DNA of 32,000 bases. It comes from Nitrosospira multiformis ATCC 25196 (GTDB taxonomy: Bacteria > Pseudomonadota > Gammaproteobacteria > Burkholderiales > Nitrosomonadaceae). How positions within the stretch are numbered: the first letter of the stretch is position 1; the number at the start of each line of letters is the position of its first letter. The stretch lies in contig NC_007614.1 of assembly GCF_000196355.1 (NCBI RefSeq), positions 2,910,001-2,942,000 of the forward strand, in the 5' to 3' direction. A program made the position numbers and the translations under genes. The notes beneath the pieces are model-generated. The model searched no databases and had not been told where the DNA came from. It saw only the letters and a program-made list of their open reading frames with translations. Below are positions 9,791 to 17,794 of the stretch, piece after piece.

Positions 9791-10204
9791 TTATTTCTTC
9801 ATCTGCCCATGGGGCGCTGCCGTTCCGCCACCGGACTTGCTTTTTGCAAAGCTGTCCGCTTCCGCCGGATCGACGGCTCCATCCTTGTTCGCGTCAATCT
9901 TGTCGAAGATGCCTTCGTGATGCTTGATAAATTCTTCCTTGGTCACTTTATTGTCTTTGTTCTTGTCCGCCAGCGACATGCCGCAATTTCCTTCCGCCGC
10001 TTTTGCGCCTGCCCCATATTTACTGGGGTCCACCCGGTCGGCATAAGCCACTATATAACGCTCGTTTAACGACTCCATGACGAAAGGATTGCTTGCCTTG
10101 CTGTCCGCCTCACTGTCGCCCGCGAAAACAATGGGAGAGGCGCCGAGGCCGGTAGCAAGGACCGACCCTATGACGATGGAAATCTTGGATTTTTTGTCTT
10201 GCAC
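9791..10204 (-). CDS. Secreted EF-hand protein with a single EGNCG motif; candidate modified-peptide precursor for the adjacent MNIO
   Basis: GTG start with AAGGAG SD; signal peptide (MQDKKSKISIVIGSVLATGLGASPIVFAG); NPFVMESLNERYIVAYADR...AAEGNCG; two canonical 12-residue EF-hand loops (DKNKDNKVTKEE, DANKDGAVDPAE). Stop is 6 bp from the DUF692 ATG. Confidence 0.85.
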   Translation of the reverse strand: MQDKKSKISIVIGSVLATGLGASPIVFAGDSEADSKASNPFVMESLNERYIVAYADRVDPSKYGAGAKAAEGNCGMSLADKNKDNKVTKEEFIKHHEGIFDKIDANKDGAVDPAEADSFAKSKSGGGTAAPHGQMKK

Positions 10205-10576
10205 AGTTGGTTCTCCTTGAATCTGGAAAAAATATTATGTCACAGTTTGGCAGGAACGGGAGCCGATTCCTCTGATCCTGCCGCGCATCGGGAACAAAGA
10301 ACTCCCCCGGAGAGACTTGCAGCAAAATAATGTATTTATTTCTTGCGGGGGTATTCAAGGACTAAAAATTCTGCAAGAATTCGTGTGCCCCATATGCCCC
10401 CTATATGTCCACAGGGAGTTGAATGTGAAGAGGCTGCGGTTTTGTCATGCACAGGAGGATGAGAACCTCATTCCTAAGCTAAATTGTGGGATTTCCATTC
10501 CTGGCCAGAACCTTGAGGCTTCTGCCAACCGTCTTGCTCTCGGAGCGCATCAACTGAACCGGAGATGAGTTATCTG

Positions 10577-10582
10577 TATAAT
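10577..10582 (+). promoter_or_regulatory. Candidate -10 element (TATAAT) for dksA
   Basis: Exact TATAAT about 65 bp upstream of the probable dksA start; the -35 is weak. Confidence 0.4.
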
Positions 10583-10646
10583 GGGTTGTTTTTAATAGCA
10601 GTTGCATTGTTACACGTCACCCAGCAATGGAAAGGAAATACTGACT

Positions 10647-11069
10647 ATGCCGCAAGAAATGTATAAACAAGCCACTCCCTACATACCCTCGAAGGGAGAA
10701 AGTTACATGAGTGCCAAGCAGCTTATGCATTTCCGCAATATTCTGGAAGGCATCAAGTTTGAATTGGGACAGGATATCGATCGCACGGTTCACACTATGC
10801 AGGATGAAGCCACCATATTTGCTGATCCTAACGACCGCGCCAGCCAGGAGTCGGATATGGCTCTTGAATTAAGAAATCGTGACCGCGAACGTAAGCTGAT
10901 CAAAAAGATAGAGGAAACGATTGCAAAAATAGATACTGGAGATTACGGCTATTGCGAAAGCTGCGGGGTGGAAATCGGTTTAAAGCGCCTTGAAGCCCGT
11001 CCCACCGCTACACTCTGCATCGACTGCAAGACCTTGGATGAAATAAGGGAAAAGCAAGTCGCGAAATAA
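10647..11069 (+). CDS. dksA: RNA polymerase-binding transcription factor DksA
   Basis: [37 protein letters not shown]... [35 protein letters not shown]...CESCG...CIDCKT zinc finger; AAAGGAAA upstream of ATG 10647. Confidence 0.95.
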   Translation: MPQEMYKQATPYIPSKGESYMSAKQLMHFRNILEGIKFELGQDIDRTVHTMQDEATIFADPNDRASQESDMALELRNRDRERKLIKKIEETIAKIDTGDYGYCESCGVEIGLKRLEARPTATLCIDCKTLDEIREKQVAK

Positions 11070-11122
11070 ACACCTGCCTGCTTTTCACCAGTTCTACAGA
11101 TAACGAAGTTCTTCATTGCCGT

Positions 11123-11164
11123 CCCGGAATAAAAGCCCTATCGAGAGGAGTCTTTTATTCCGGG
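11123..11164. terminator. Perfect 13-bp inverted repeat between convergent dksA and pnp, possible transcript-end hairpin
   Basis: CCCGGAATAAAAG (11123-11135) / CTTTTATTCCGGG (11152-11164), 16-nt loop; no clear T tract beyond the stem. Confidence 0.5.
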
Positions 11165-11306
11165 GAGACAGCTAAGCAGCTAACTGGGCTCGCTTCAAAA
11201 AAACCGGAAGATACAGGAGAAAAGGCCGGGATAAGAGGGCGAGGAACCGCACAGAAAAAAATGGCGGCACTGCTCTTTGTGGAAAATACTTCTCTCTGTT
11301 CCGCCA

Positions 11307-13412
11307 TCAGGTGGCGGCGTTGTCCGCCACGTCGGTGGCAACCGCTTTCATGCTGAGACGCAACCTTCCCTTGTCATCAGCTTCCAGGACCTTCACCCGA
11401 ACTACCTGCCCTTCCTTGAGGTGATCGCCGACATTGTTGACGCGCTCATTGGCGATTTGCGAGATATGCAACAGGCCGTCCTTGCCGGGCAGAACGCTGA
11501 CGATGGCGCCAAAATCCAGAAGCTTCAGTACCGTTCCGTCATATACCCGTCCCACTTCAACTTCAGCCGTGATGTCCTCGATACGTTTTTTCGCCAGCTC
11601 ACCGCCCTCCGCGTTGACACATGCAATCATGACAGTGCCATCGTCCGTAATATCAATGGTGGTGCCTGTCTCTTCGGTAAGCGCACGGATCACTGCGCCC
11701 CCTTTCCCTATGACGTCACGTATTTTCTCGGGATTGATTCTGATCTTGATGATACGGGGGGCATGTTCCGAGATATCCTCGCGCCGGGCCGGCAACACCT
11801 GCCTCATGATGGCGAGAATATGCATACGTCCTTCCCTTGCCTGTACCAGGGCAGCATGCAGGATCTCCTTGGTGATCCCTTGAATCTTGATATCCATCTG
11901 CAGGGCGGTAATGCCATTTTCGGTACCCGCCACCTTGAAATCCATGTCGCCCAGGTGATCTTCGTCGCCCAGAATATCGGTGAGCACGGCAAACCGGTTG
12001 CCTTCCTTGATGAGCCCCATGGCAATACCCGCCACGTGCCCCTTCAGGGGTACACCGGCATCCATCAATGCCAGGCAGCCGCCGCAAACGGACGCCATGG
12101 AACTGGAGCCATTGGACTCGGTAATTTCAGAAACCACGCGAAGCGAATAACCAAACTCTTCCGGAGAAGGCAGAACTGCAACCAGGGCTCGCTTTGCCAG
12201 CCGTCCGTGGCCGATTTCACGACGCTTGGGGGTTCCAACTCGTCCCGTCTCTCCCGTCGCATAGGGAGGCATGTTGTAGTGAAGCATGAAACGCTCGGAG
12301 TAATCTCCCTGGAGAGCATCGATTTTCTGCTCATCGCGACCGGTTCCCAGCGTTGCAACTACCAGCGCCTGAGTTTCCCCGCGGGTAAATAATGCTGAAC
12401 CGTGGGTCCGCGGCAGGAGCCCGGTCCGGATCGTTATTGGCCGGACGGTGCGGGTATCGCGTCCATCGATGCGCGGTTCGCCGTCCAGAATCTGCGAGCG
12501 CACGATTCTCGATTCCAGCGCAAAACAGGCCTCCTTCACCGCCTGGGCGTCAGGACCCTCCCCGTCCTCGACGCCGAGTTCGGTAAAGACTCTTGTCCAG
12601 ATGTTGTCTATGGTCTCGGACCTGACCTGCTTCTGCTTCTGGCGGAAAGCGGCACGCAAATCATTCTCCGCCAGTTCGGCAATTTTAACGGCCAGCGCAG
12701 GGTCTCTTGCAGGCGGCTCCCAATCCCATGCGGTCACACCCGCCTCATCCGCCAGTTCATTGATCGCATCGATGGCAACCTGCATTTGCTGATGACCATA
12801 AACGATGGCCCCCAGCATGACATCCTCCGACAGCTCCATCGCATCGGATTCCACCATCAGCACAGCCTGCCGCGTGCCGGCCACGACCAGATTCAGCTGT
12901 GTCTGCTTCAGCGCGCTGGTATCGGGATTCAATACATATTCGCCATTGATGTAGCCAATCCGCGCGGCGCCGATAGGCCCATTGAACGGAATGCCCGAGA
13001 GCACCAGCGCGGCAGATGCGCCCAGCATGGCGGGAATATCGGCATCTACTTCGTTATCGGAAGACAGGACGGTGGCTACCACCTGCACTTCGTTGTAGAA
13101 ATTTTCAGGAAAAAGGGGACGGATCGGGCGATCGATCAGACGGGAGGTAAGAATTTCCTTTTCGGAGGGACGGCCTTCACGTTTGAAAAAACTACCGGGT
13201 ATCCGGCCAGCCGCGTAGCTCCTTTCCTGATAGTCCACCGTCAGGGGAAAGAAATCCTGCCCCTGCTTGGCGCTTTTTGCACCTACCACGGTAACCAGGA
13301 CGACGGTATCGCCCATGCTGACCATAATGGCGGCATGGGCTTGTCTTGCTATTTCTCCGGTTTCGAATGTTAGTTGATGAGACCCGTACGTAACGCTTTT
13401 CTTGATTTTCAA
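11307..13412 (-). CDS. pnp: Polyribonucleotide nucleotidyltransferase
   Basis: [31 protein letters not shown]..., KH ([19 protein letters not shown]-like) and S1 ([21 protein letters not shown]) domains; downstream of rpsO. Confidence 0.98.
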   Translation of the reverse strand: MKIKKSVTYGSHQLTFETGEIARQAHAAIMVSMGDTVVLVTVVGAKSAKQGQDFFPLTVDYQERSYAAGRIPGSFFKREGRPSEKEILTSRLIDRPIRPLFPENFYNEVQVVATVLSSDNEVDADIPAMLGASAALVLSGIPFNGPIGAARIGYINGEYVLNPDTSALKQTQLNLVVAGTRQAVLMVESDAMELSEDVMLGAIVYGHQQMQVAIDAINELADEAGVTAWDWEPPARDPALAVKIAELAENDLRAAFRQKQKQVRSETIDNIWTRVFTELGVEDGEGPDAQAVKEACFALESRIVRSQILDGEPRIDGRDTRTVRPITIRTGLLPRTHGSALFTRGETQALVVATLGTGRDEQKIDALQGDYSERFMLHYNMPPYATGETGRVGTPKRREIGHGRLAKRALVAVLPSPEEFGYSLRVVSEITESNGSSSMASVCGGCLALMDAGVPLKGHVAGIAMGLIKEGNRFAVLTDILGDEDHLGDMDFKVAGTENGITALQMDIKIQGITKEILHAALVQAREGRMHILAIMRQVLPARREDISEHAPRIIKIRINPEKIRDVIGKGGAVIRALTEETGTTIDITDDGTVMIACVNAEGGELAKKRIEDITAEVEVGRVYDGTVLKLLDFGAIVSVLPGKDGLLHISQIANERVNNVGDHLKEGQVVRVKVLEADDKGRLRLSMKAVATDVADNAAT

Positions 13413-13440
13413 TTAACTGCCCTTTTTGATTAAATCATTC

Positions 13441-13480
13441 CGGTTGCGCTCCAAGCACCATAGCCGCGGTCGCGCAACCG
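13441..13480 (-). promoter_or_regulatory. rpsO-pnp intergenic hairpin, possible terminator or RNase processing site
   Basis: Perfect 9-bp inverted repeat CGGTTGCGC (13441-13449) / GCGCAACCG (13472-13480), 22-nt loop, in the position where E. coli carries the pnp leader processing hairpin. Confidence 0.5.
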
Positions 13481-13555
13481 ATACAAGCGGAAGCCATTCC
13501 GATGTTCAAGGAAGCAAGAGGTTATTCCGCTGCTATCTCAATCGGGGATTTACTT

Positions 13556-13825
13556 TTACTTGCGCAGGCCAAGCCGTTCTATCAGCGTCCGGTAGCTCTC
13601 CACACTGTTCTGCTTCAAATAATCGAGCAGCTTGCGCCGACGGCTTACCATCCGCAGCAAACCGCGGCGGGAGTGATGATCCTTGACATGCGTTTTGAAA
13701 TGATCGGCCAGATCGTTGATACGCGCGGTCAGTAACGCTACCTGCACTTCGGGAGAACCCGTGTCTCCTGCGGCCCGTTGATAATCGCGCACCACCTGTG
13801 CTTTTTGATCGGTTGTGACTGCCAT
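13556..13825 (-). CDS. rpsO: 30S ribosomal protein S15
   Basis: [71 protein letters not shown], 89 aa. Confidence 0.98.
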   Translation of the reverse strand: MAVTTDQKAQVVRDYQRAAGDTGSPEVQVALLTARINDLADHFKTHVKDHHSRRGLLRMVSRRRKLLDYLKQNSVESYRTLIERLGLRK

Positions 13826-13965
13826 GCTACTCTCCATTACGCCTGATGCGAAAGGGCGACATTTTACTCTTTAACAGGGTGAATTCTCAAGACATTATTG
13901 GACTTCCAGTGCGCCGGCAGGCGTTACACATCCACTGCGGGAAGTTCATACGCTGATCACCCACC

Positions 13966-14784
13966 TCAAGAACGATCAGAGCCGATGGCTTGCCGCCTGG
14001 CGACATATCCACCAAGCGAGGGCGCGGGTGAATGAACGGCGCGCATTTCCGCATCGGCGTATCGTACTACGGTCGACAGGGTAGAGCGCGCGGCTCGCGC
14101 GTCCGATGCCAGCCGCAGGAGCGTGCCGAGAGTCAGCGCGCGCTTCAGCAACAGCCCCAGCAAGCGTCTCAGGTGAGGACTTCCGTCCGGTCGTACTGCC
14201 TCAAGCAGAACACGCGGGGGTGAGAAGTCGAGGGGATCTGAAATAGCGCGTACTACCATGAATGGCAATCCGGCATTCGTGGCAACTTCGGCGACTGCGC
14301 CGCTTTCCATATCTACTGCGTTCGCGCCGGTGGCTTCGGCCAGCTCGCGTTTTGCAGAAGTGGAGGTAAGCACCTTGCTGCTGGCAGCCAGGATTCCACC
14401 TGCCACATTCAGCTGATCGGGCAGGCATCCCAGCAGACGGGCGCGCCAATTCAAATCAACCGGCAGGAGACAACCGCCCGTATGGATCGACTCTGGCAGC
14501 ACCAACGCTCCCGAGTTCAGGCCTGCATGCAATGCGCCCGCAAAGCCGAAACTCATCAGTGCAGCAGCTCCTGCATTCTTCAGTCCGGTTGCGGCTGCAC
14601 CGGCCGCCTCTGCCCCCACTCCACACAGCCAGACGGCAGCGCCATTCCCGAGATCTGTCCTTTGATTGAAGGAGAGGCGCAATGGCGTTATGCAACCCGC
14701 CTCCATCCGCATGGCGACAATGATGCCGACCGCCGTCACCCGGGGAACTTCCGGTTCAATGCATGAAATCGGGTCAATGCCCAT
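13966..14784 (-). CDS. hpnG: Hopanoid-associated phosphorylase HpnG (purine/uridine phosphorylase-like)
   Basis: VGIIVAMRMEAGCI...GVGAEAAGAAATGL...ALMSFGFAGAL...AVDMESGAVAEVA; overlaps shc. The exact start is uncertain. Confidence 0.85.
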   Translation of the reverse strand: MGIDPISCIEPEVPRVTAVGIIVAMRMEAGCITPLRLSFNQRTDLGNGAAVWLCGVGAEAAGAAATGLKNAGAAALMSFGFAGALHAGLNSGALVLPESIHTGGCLLPVDLNWRARLLGCLPDQLNVAGGILAASSKVLTSTSAKRELAEATGANAVDMESGAVAEVATNAGLPFMVVRAISDPLDFSPPRVLLEAVRPDGSPHLRRLLGLLLKRALTLGTLLRLASDARAARSTLSTVVRYADAEMRAVHSPAPSLGGYVARRQAIGSDRS

Positions 14785-16697
14785 ACCGGGAAATATTTCG
14801 TATACCCGTAGTACTTGAGGTAGAAAACCCGCGGGAAGCCGGGAGCGGTAAACCAGGGCTCATGCCAGAGCCCGTCGCTGTCCTGTTCCCGCAAGAGGTA
14901 GGCAATTCCCCGGTGAACCTCATGACTTCGCCATTCGCCGGCTCCCATCAGTGCAAGCAGTGCCCATGCGGTATGAAAAGAAGTACTGGTATGAAACTGG
15001 CCTGCCTGCTGGGGGGAAAGATAGCTGTCGTTACTTTCTCCCCATCCGCCATCCTCCCGCTGCACGGATTTGAGCCAGTGCACCGCGCGTCGGATGGCAG
15101 GATGACCGGCATCTATCCCGGCCAGACGGAAGGCCTCCAGCACAGACCACGTTCCATAGATGTAATTGCTGCCCCAGCGGCCGAACCAGGCGCCACTGGC
15201 CTCCTGTTCATTGAAGAGGTATGCCAGACTCCGTTCCAGCGCCTGTTTATGCCTGGACTGGCCGTACAAGGCGAGAAAACCTGCACAGCGGGCGGAAACA
15301 TCACTGGTGGGAGGATCAAGGAGCGCCCCATGATCGGCAAACGGGATCTCGTTGAGATAGTAATACGTATTGTCGCTGTCGAAAGCCGCAAACCCCCCAT
15401 TGCTGGACTGCATCCCCGCCAGCCAGTCGGCGGCCCGGCTGATGCTTTCCTGATAAGCCTTAGGGTCGGCCTGGTACAGTGCCCACGCCACCGCAGCCGT
15501 GTCGTCGAGATCGGGATAGTGGGGATTTGCATACTGAAAAGCCCAGCCCCCGCCCGGTAATCCGGGATGATCTTCTTGCCAGTCCGCCGGCGCATCGAGC
15601 ACCTGACAGGGAACCAGCCAGTCGAGCGCTTTCCGGATGGGCTTCTGATCGACCTCCGTATCCTCCTGAAAGGCGAGACAGGTCAGGACGGTATCCCATA
15701 CTGGGGAAACACAGGGCTGGCACCAGGTACGCTCGCCTTCCTCCACCAGCAGCAGGCGCAGCGCCTTGCGGCATTGCTCCCGCGCGGGATGATCATATGG
15801 GTATCCAAGCAATGCCAGAGCTTCGCCGGCATTCACCATGGCAGGAAAGATCGCCCCCAGGCCTGAGTCGCCGTTCAGCCTTTCCACGATCCAGCTTTCC
15901 GCCCGCCGCAGCGCCAATCTGCGCACCCCTTGGGGTATGAAGGGTTCGAGCAGGGAGAGAGTGCGCTCGATCAGCAGAAACACGCGATTGAGCGCAGTAC
16001 GTACCGGAAAATAATTCCGCTCCTCCCCCGGAGGTACCGTAAACAATTCACGAATGGCGACTTTGCGCGGATTCGCCGCGCGCGCCTTCAGGCTGCACAG
16101 GATAGATAGCGGAACCATTACGGTCCGCGACCAGTATGCGACCTTGCTGGTATGGAATGGAAACCACTTGGGGAACAGTATGATTTCCACCGGCACAAAT
16201 GGCACGCCTCGCCAGGGAAGCTGGTCATACATGGCAAGCAGCAGGCGTGTAAATACATTTGCTCTCGCTGCGCCGCCATGTTTCAGAATTGCTGCACGCG
16301 CACGCACCATGTGGGGCGCGTCCGGGGAGTCCCCCACAATTTTCAGAGCATAATAGGCCTTGACCGAACAACTCAGATCGAATTCACCGCCGTAGTAGAG
16401 CGGCCAGCCTCCGTGCGCTACATCCTGTTTTTCACGAATAAAACGGGCAATCCTGACCTCCAGATCCAGGTCCACTTCATCCATGAAGTGCATCATCAGT
16501 ATATACTCGGCGGGAATCGTGCAATCGGCCTCCAATGGAAAGCACCAGTGGCCATCCTCCCTCTGCTGAGCCAGCAGCGCACCGCGTGCCGCTTCCAGTC
16601 CCGCTTTCAGCATTTTTTCGTCCATTGAGGGAGTATTGTTTGAGCCCGGGGATTGAGCTTGCAATGAAGTTCTCGCCATACCTCCGAATTTTTTCAT
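14736..16697 (-). CDS. shc: Squalene-hopene cyclase
   Basis: QW repeats, catalytic DLDDTA motif (HYPDLDDTAAVAWAL), FPVWALTRF, GSNYIYGTWSVL. Confidence 0.97.
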   Translation of the reverse strand: MKKFGGMARTSLQAQSPGSNNTPSMDEKMLKAGLEAARGALLAQQREDGHWCFPLEADCTIPAEYILMMHFMDEVDLDLEVRIARFIREKQDVAHGGWPLYYGGEFDLSCSVKAYYALKIVGDSPDAPHMVRARAAILKHGGAARANVFTRLLLAMYDQLPWRGVPFVPVEIILFPKWFPFHTSKVAYWSRTVMVPLSILCSLKARAANPRKVAIRELFTVPPGEERNYFPVRTALNRVFLLIERTLSLLEPFIPQGVRRLALRRAESWIVERLNGDSGLGAIFPAMVNAGEALALLGYPYDHPAREQCRKALRLLLVEEGERTWCQPCVSPVWDTVLTCLAFQEDTEVDQKPIRKALDWLVPCQVLDAPADWQEDHPGLPGGGWAFQYANPHYPDLDDTAAVAWALYQADPKAYQESISRAADWLAGMQSSNGGFAAFDSDNTYYYLNEIPFADHGALLDPPTSDVSARCAGFLALYGQSRHKQALERSLAYLFNEQEASGAWFGRWGSNYIYGTWSVLEAFRLAGIDAGHPAIRRAVHWLKSVQREDGGWGESNDSYLSPQQAGQFHTSTSFHTAWALLALMGAGEWRSHEVHRGIAYLLREQDSDGLWHEPWFTAPGFPRVFYLKYYGYTKYFPVWALTRFHALNRKFPG

Positions 16698-16901
16698 GTA
16701 TTTTTACCTAGCGCCTCTTTAAAGTTTCAGGGAAGACCATATCGCAGGGGTGTGAGTGCAGCCATAAAAACTATTAAAAGCATGATTTTACTCGATTCTG
16801 CCTCGAAATCGGTACATCGTCGAGATTCATGCAAGGATGTTTATGGCAGATGCAGCGCCCGCTGGACAAGTGAAAGCAGCAGTTGAGATTTGATTAAAAT
16901 C

Positions 16902-17672
16902 TCATCGCAATGGCTCGGCCGCGGCCTCGTTCTGTACGGAATCCTCATCTGCGAATTCGTCCAGGCTTTCGGGCGGCGGGTCGCCATCATAGATCAAGTG
17001 CTTGCGCTGCTGTAAAAAACCTTCGCGAACGAAAAGATAGGGGTCCAGAGCGGCCTGGTCCCGAATACGCATGGGGCCGGACAATCGCGCCCGCCTGTCG
17101 ATGATACTTAAAACCGTGATTGGAGCTACCACCGCGCTGCTGGCAACAGTACCCGCATAAAACAAAAGGTTGCTGAAAACGCTCACAGGAATGCCGGGCG
17201 CATCCCGATAGCTGCTGGGGCCGATCAGAGGGACAAAAAGGTAGGAGCCGGTATCAACGCCCCAGACGCCGAGGGTCTGCCCGAAATCTTCATCATGCTG
17301 TGGCAACCCCATGGGCCCTGCCATGTCGAAGAGCCCGCCCAGGCCGATGGTCGAATTGACCGCAAAGCGAAGGGTGTCCTGGAATCCCTGCCGTACTTTA
17401 CCTTGCAGGAAAGCATTAAGAATAACATTGGGATATGCAAGGTTGTCGTAGAAATTGCCAATCGAACGCTGCAGGGGGTCGGGCACATGCTTTATATAAG
17501 CATCCGCAACCGGCGCCAGAACGGCGCGATCCACCTTGTCGGTAAAATTGTAAAACTGTCGATTGGCTCTTTCATTCGGATCGATCGTATCGATACTCGC
17601 ATCGTTCTTATGCAGCGCCGCGCAACCGGTAAACAGTGATATGCATGCCAACAACAGGAAGGAAGTTCGCAT
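16902..17672 (-). CDS. MlaA/VacJ family lipoprotein, embedded in the hopanoid locus
   Basis: Internal start MRTSFLLLACISLFTGC lipobox; NRQFYNFTDKVDRAVLAPVADAYIKHVPDPLQRSIGNFYDNLAYPNVILNAFLQGK...ESLDEF. Confidence 0.9.
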   Translation of the reverse strand: MRTSFLLLACISLFTGCAALHKNDASIDTIDPNERANRQFYNFTDKVDRAVLAPVADAYIKHVPDPLQRSIGNFYDNLAYPNVILNAFLQGKVRQGFQDTLRFAVNSTIGLGGLFDMAGPMGLPQHDEDFGQTLGVWGVDTGSYLFVPLIGPSSYRDAPGIPVSVFSNLLFYAGTVASSAVVAPITVLSIIDRRARLSGPMRIRDQAALDPYLFVREGFLQQRKHLIYDGDPPPESLDEFADEDSVQNEAAAEPLR

Positions 17673-17794
17673 ATTTGCCACCATCCGTAAAGGGAAGGCT
17701 ATGTCCCTGTTAATCTGTCCCTCAGAATCAGAATCCGCATGGAAGGGGATGTCCACAAACCGCCACAGGTGCGAAGTATACAATTATTGCCGGA

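Noticed and set aside
11277-12392. 371-aa plus-strand ORF
   Set aside because: Lies entirely antisense to pnp, has low-complexity/atypical composition and no recognisable domain; shadow ORF.
12402-13373. 323-aa plus-strand ORF
   Set aside because: Antisense shadow of the N-terminal half of pnp.
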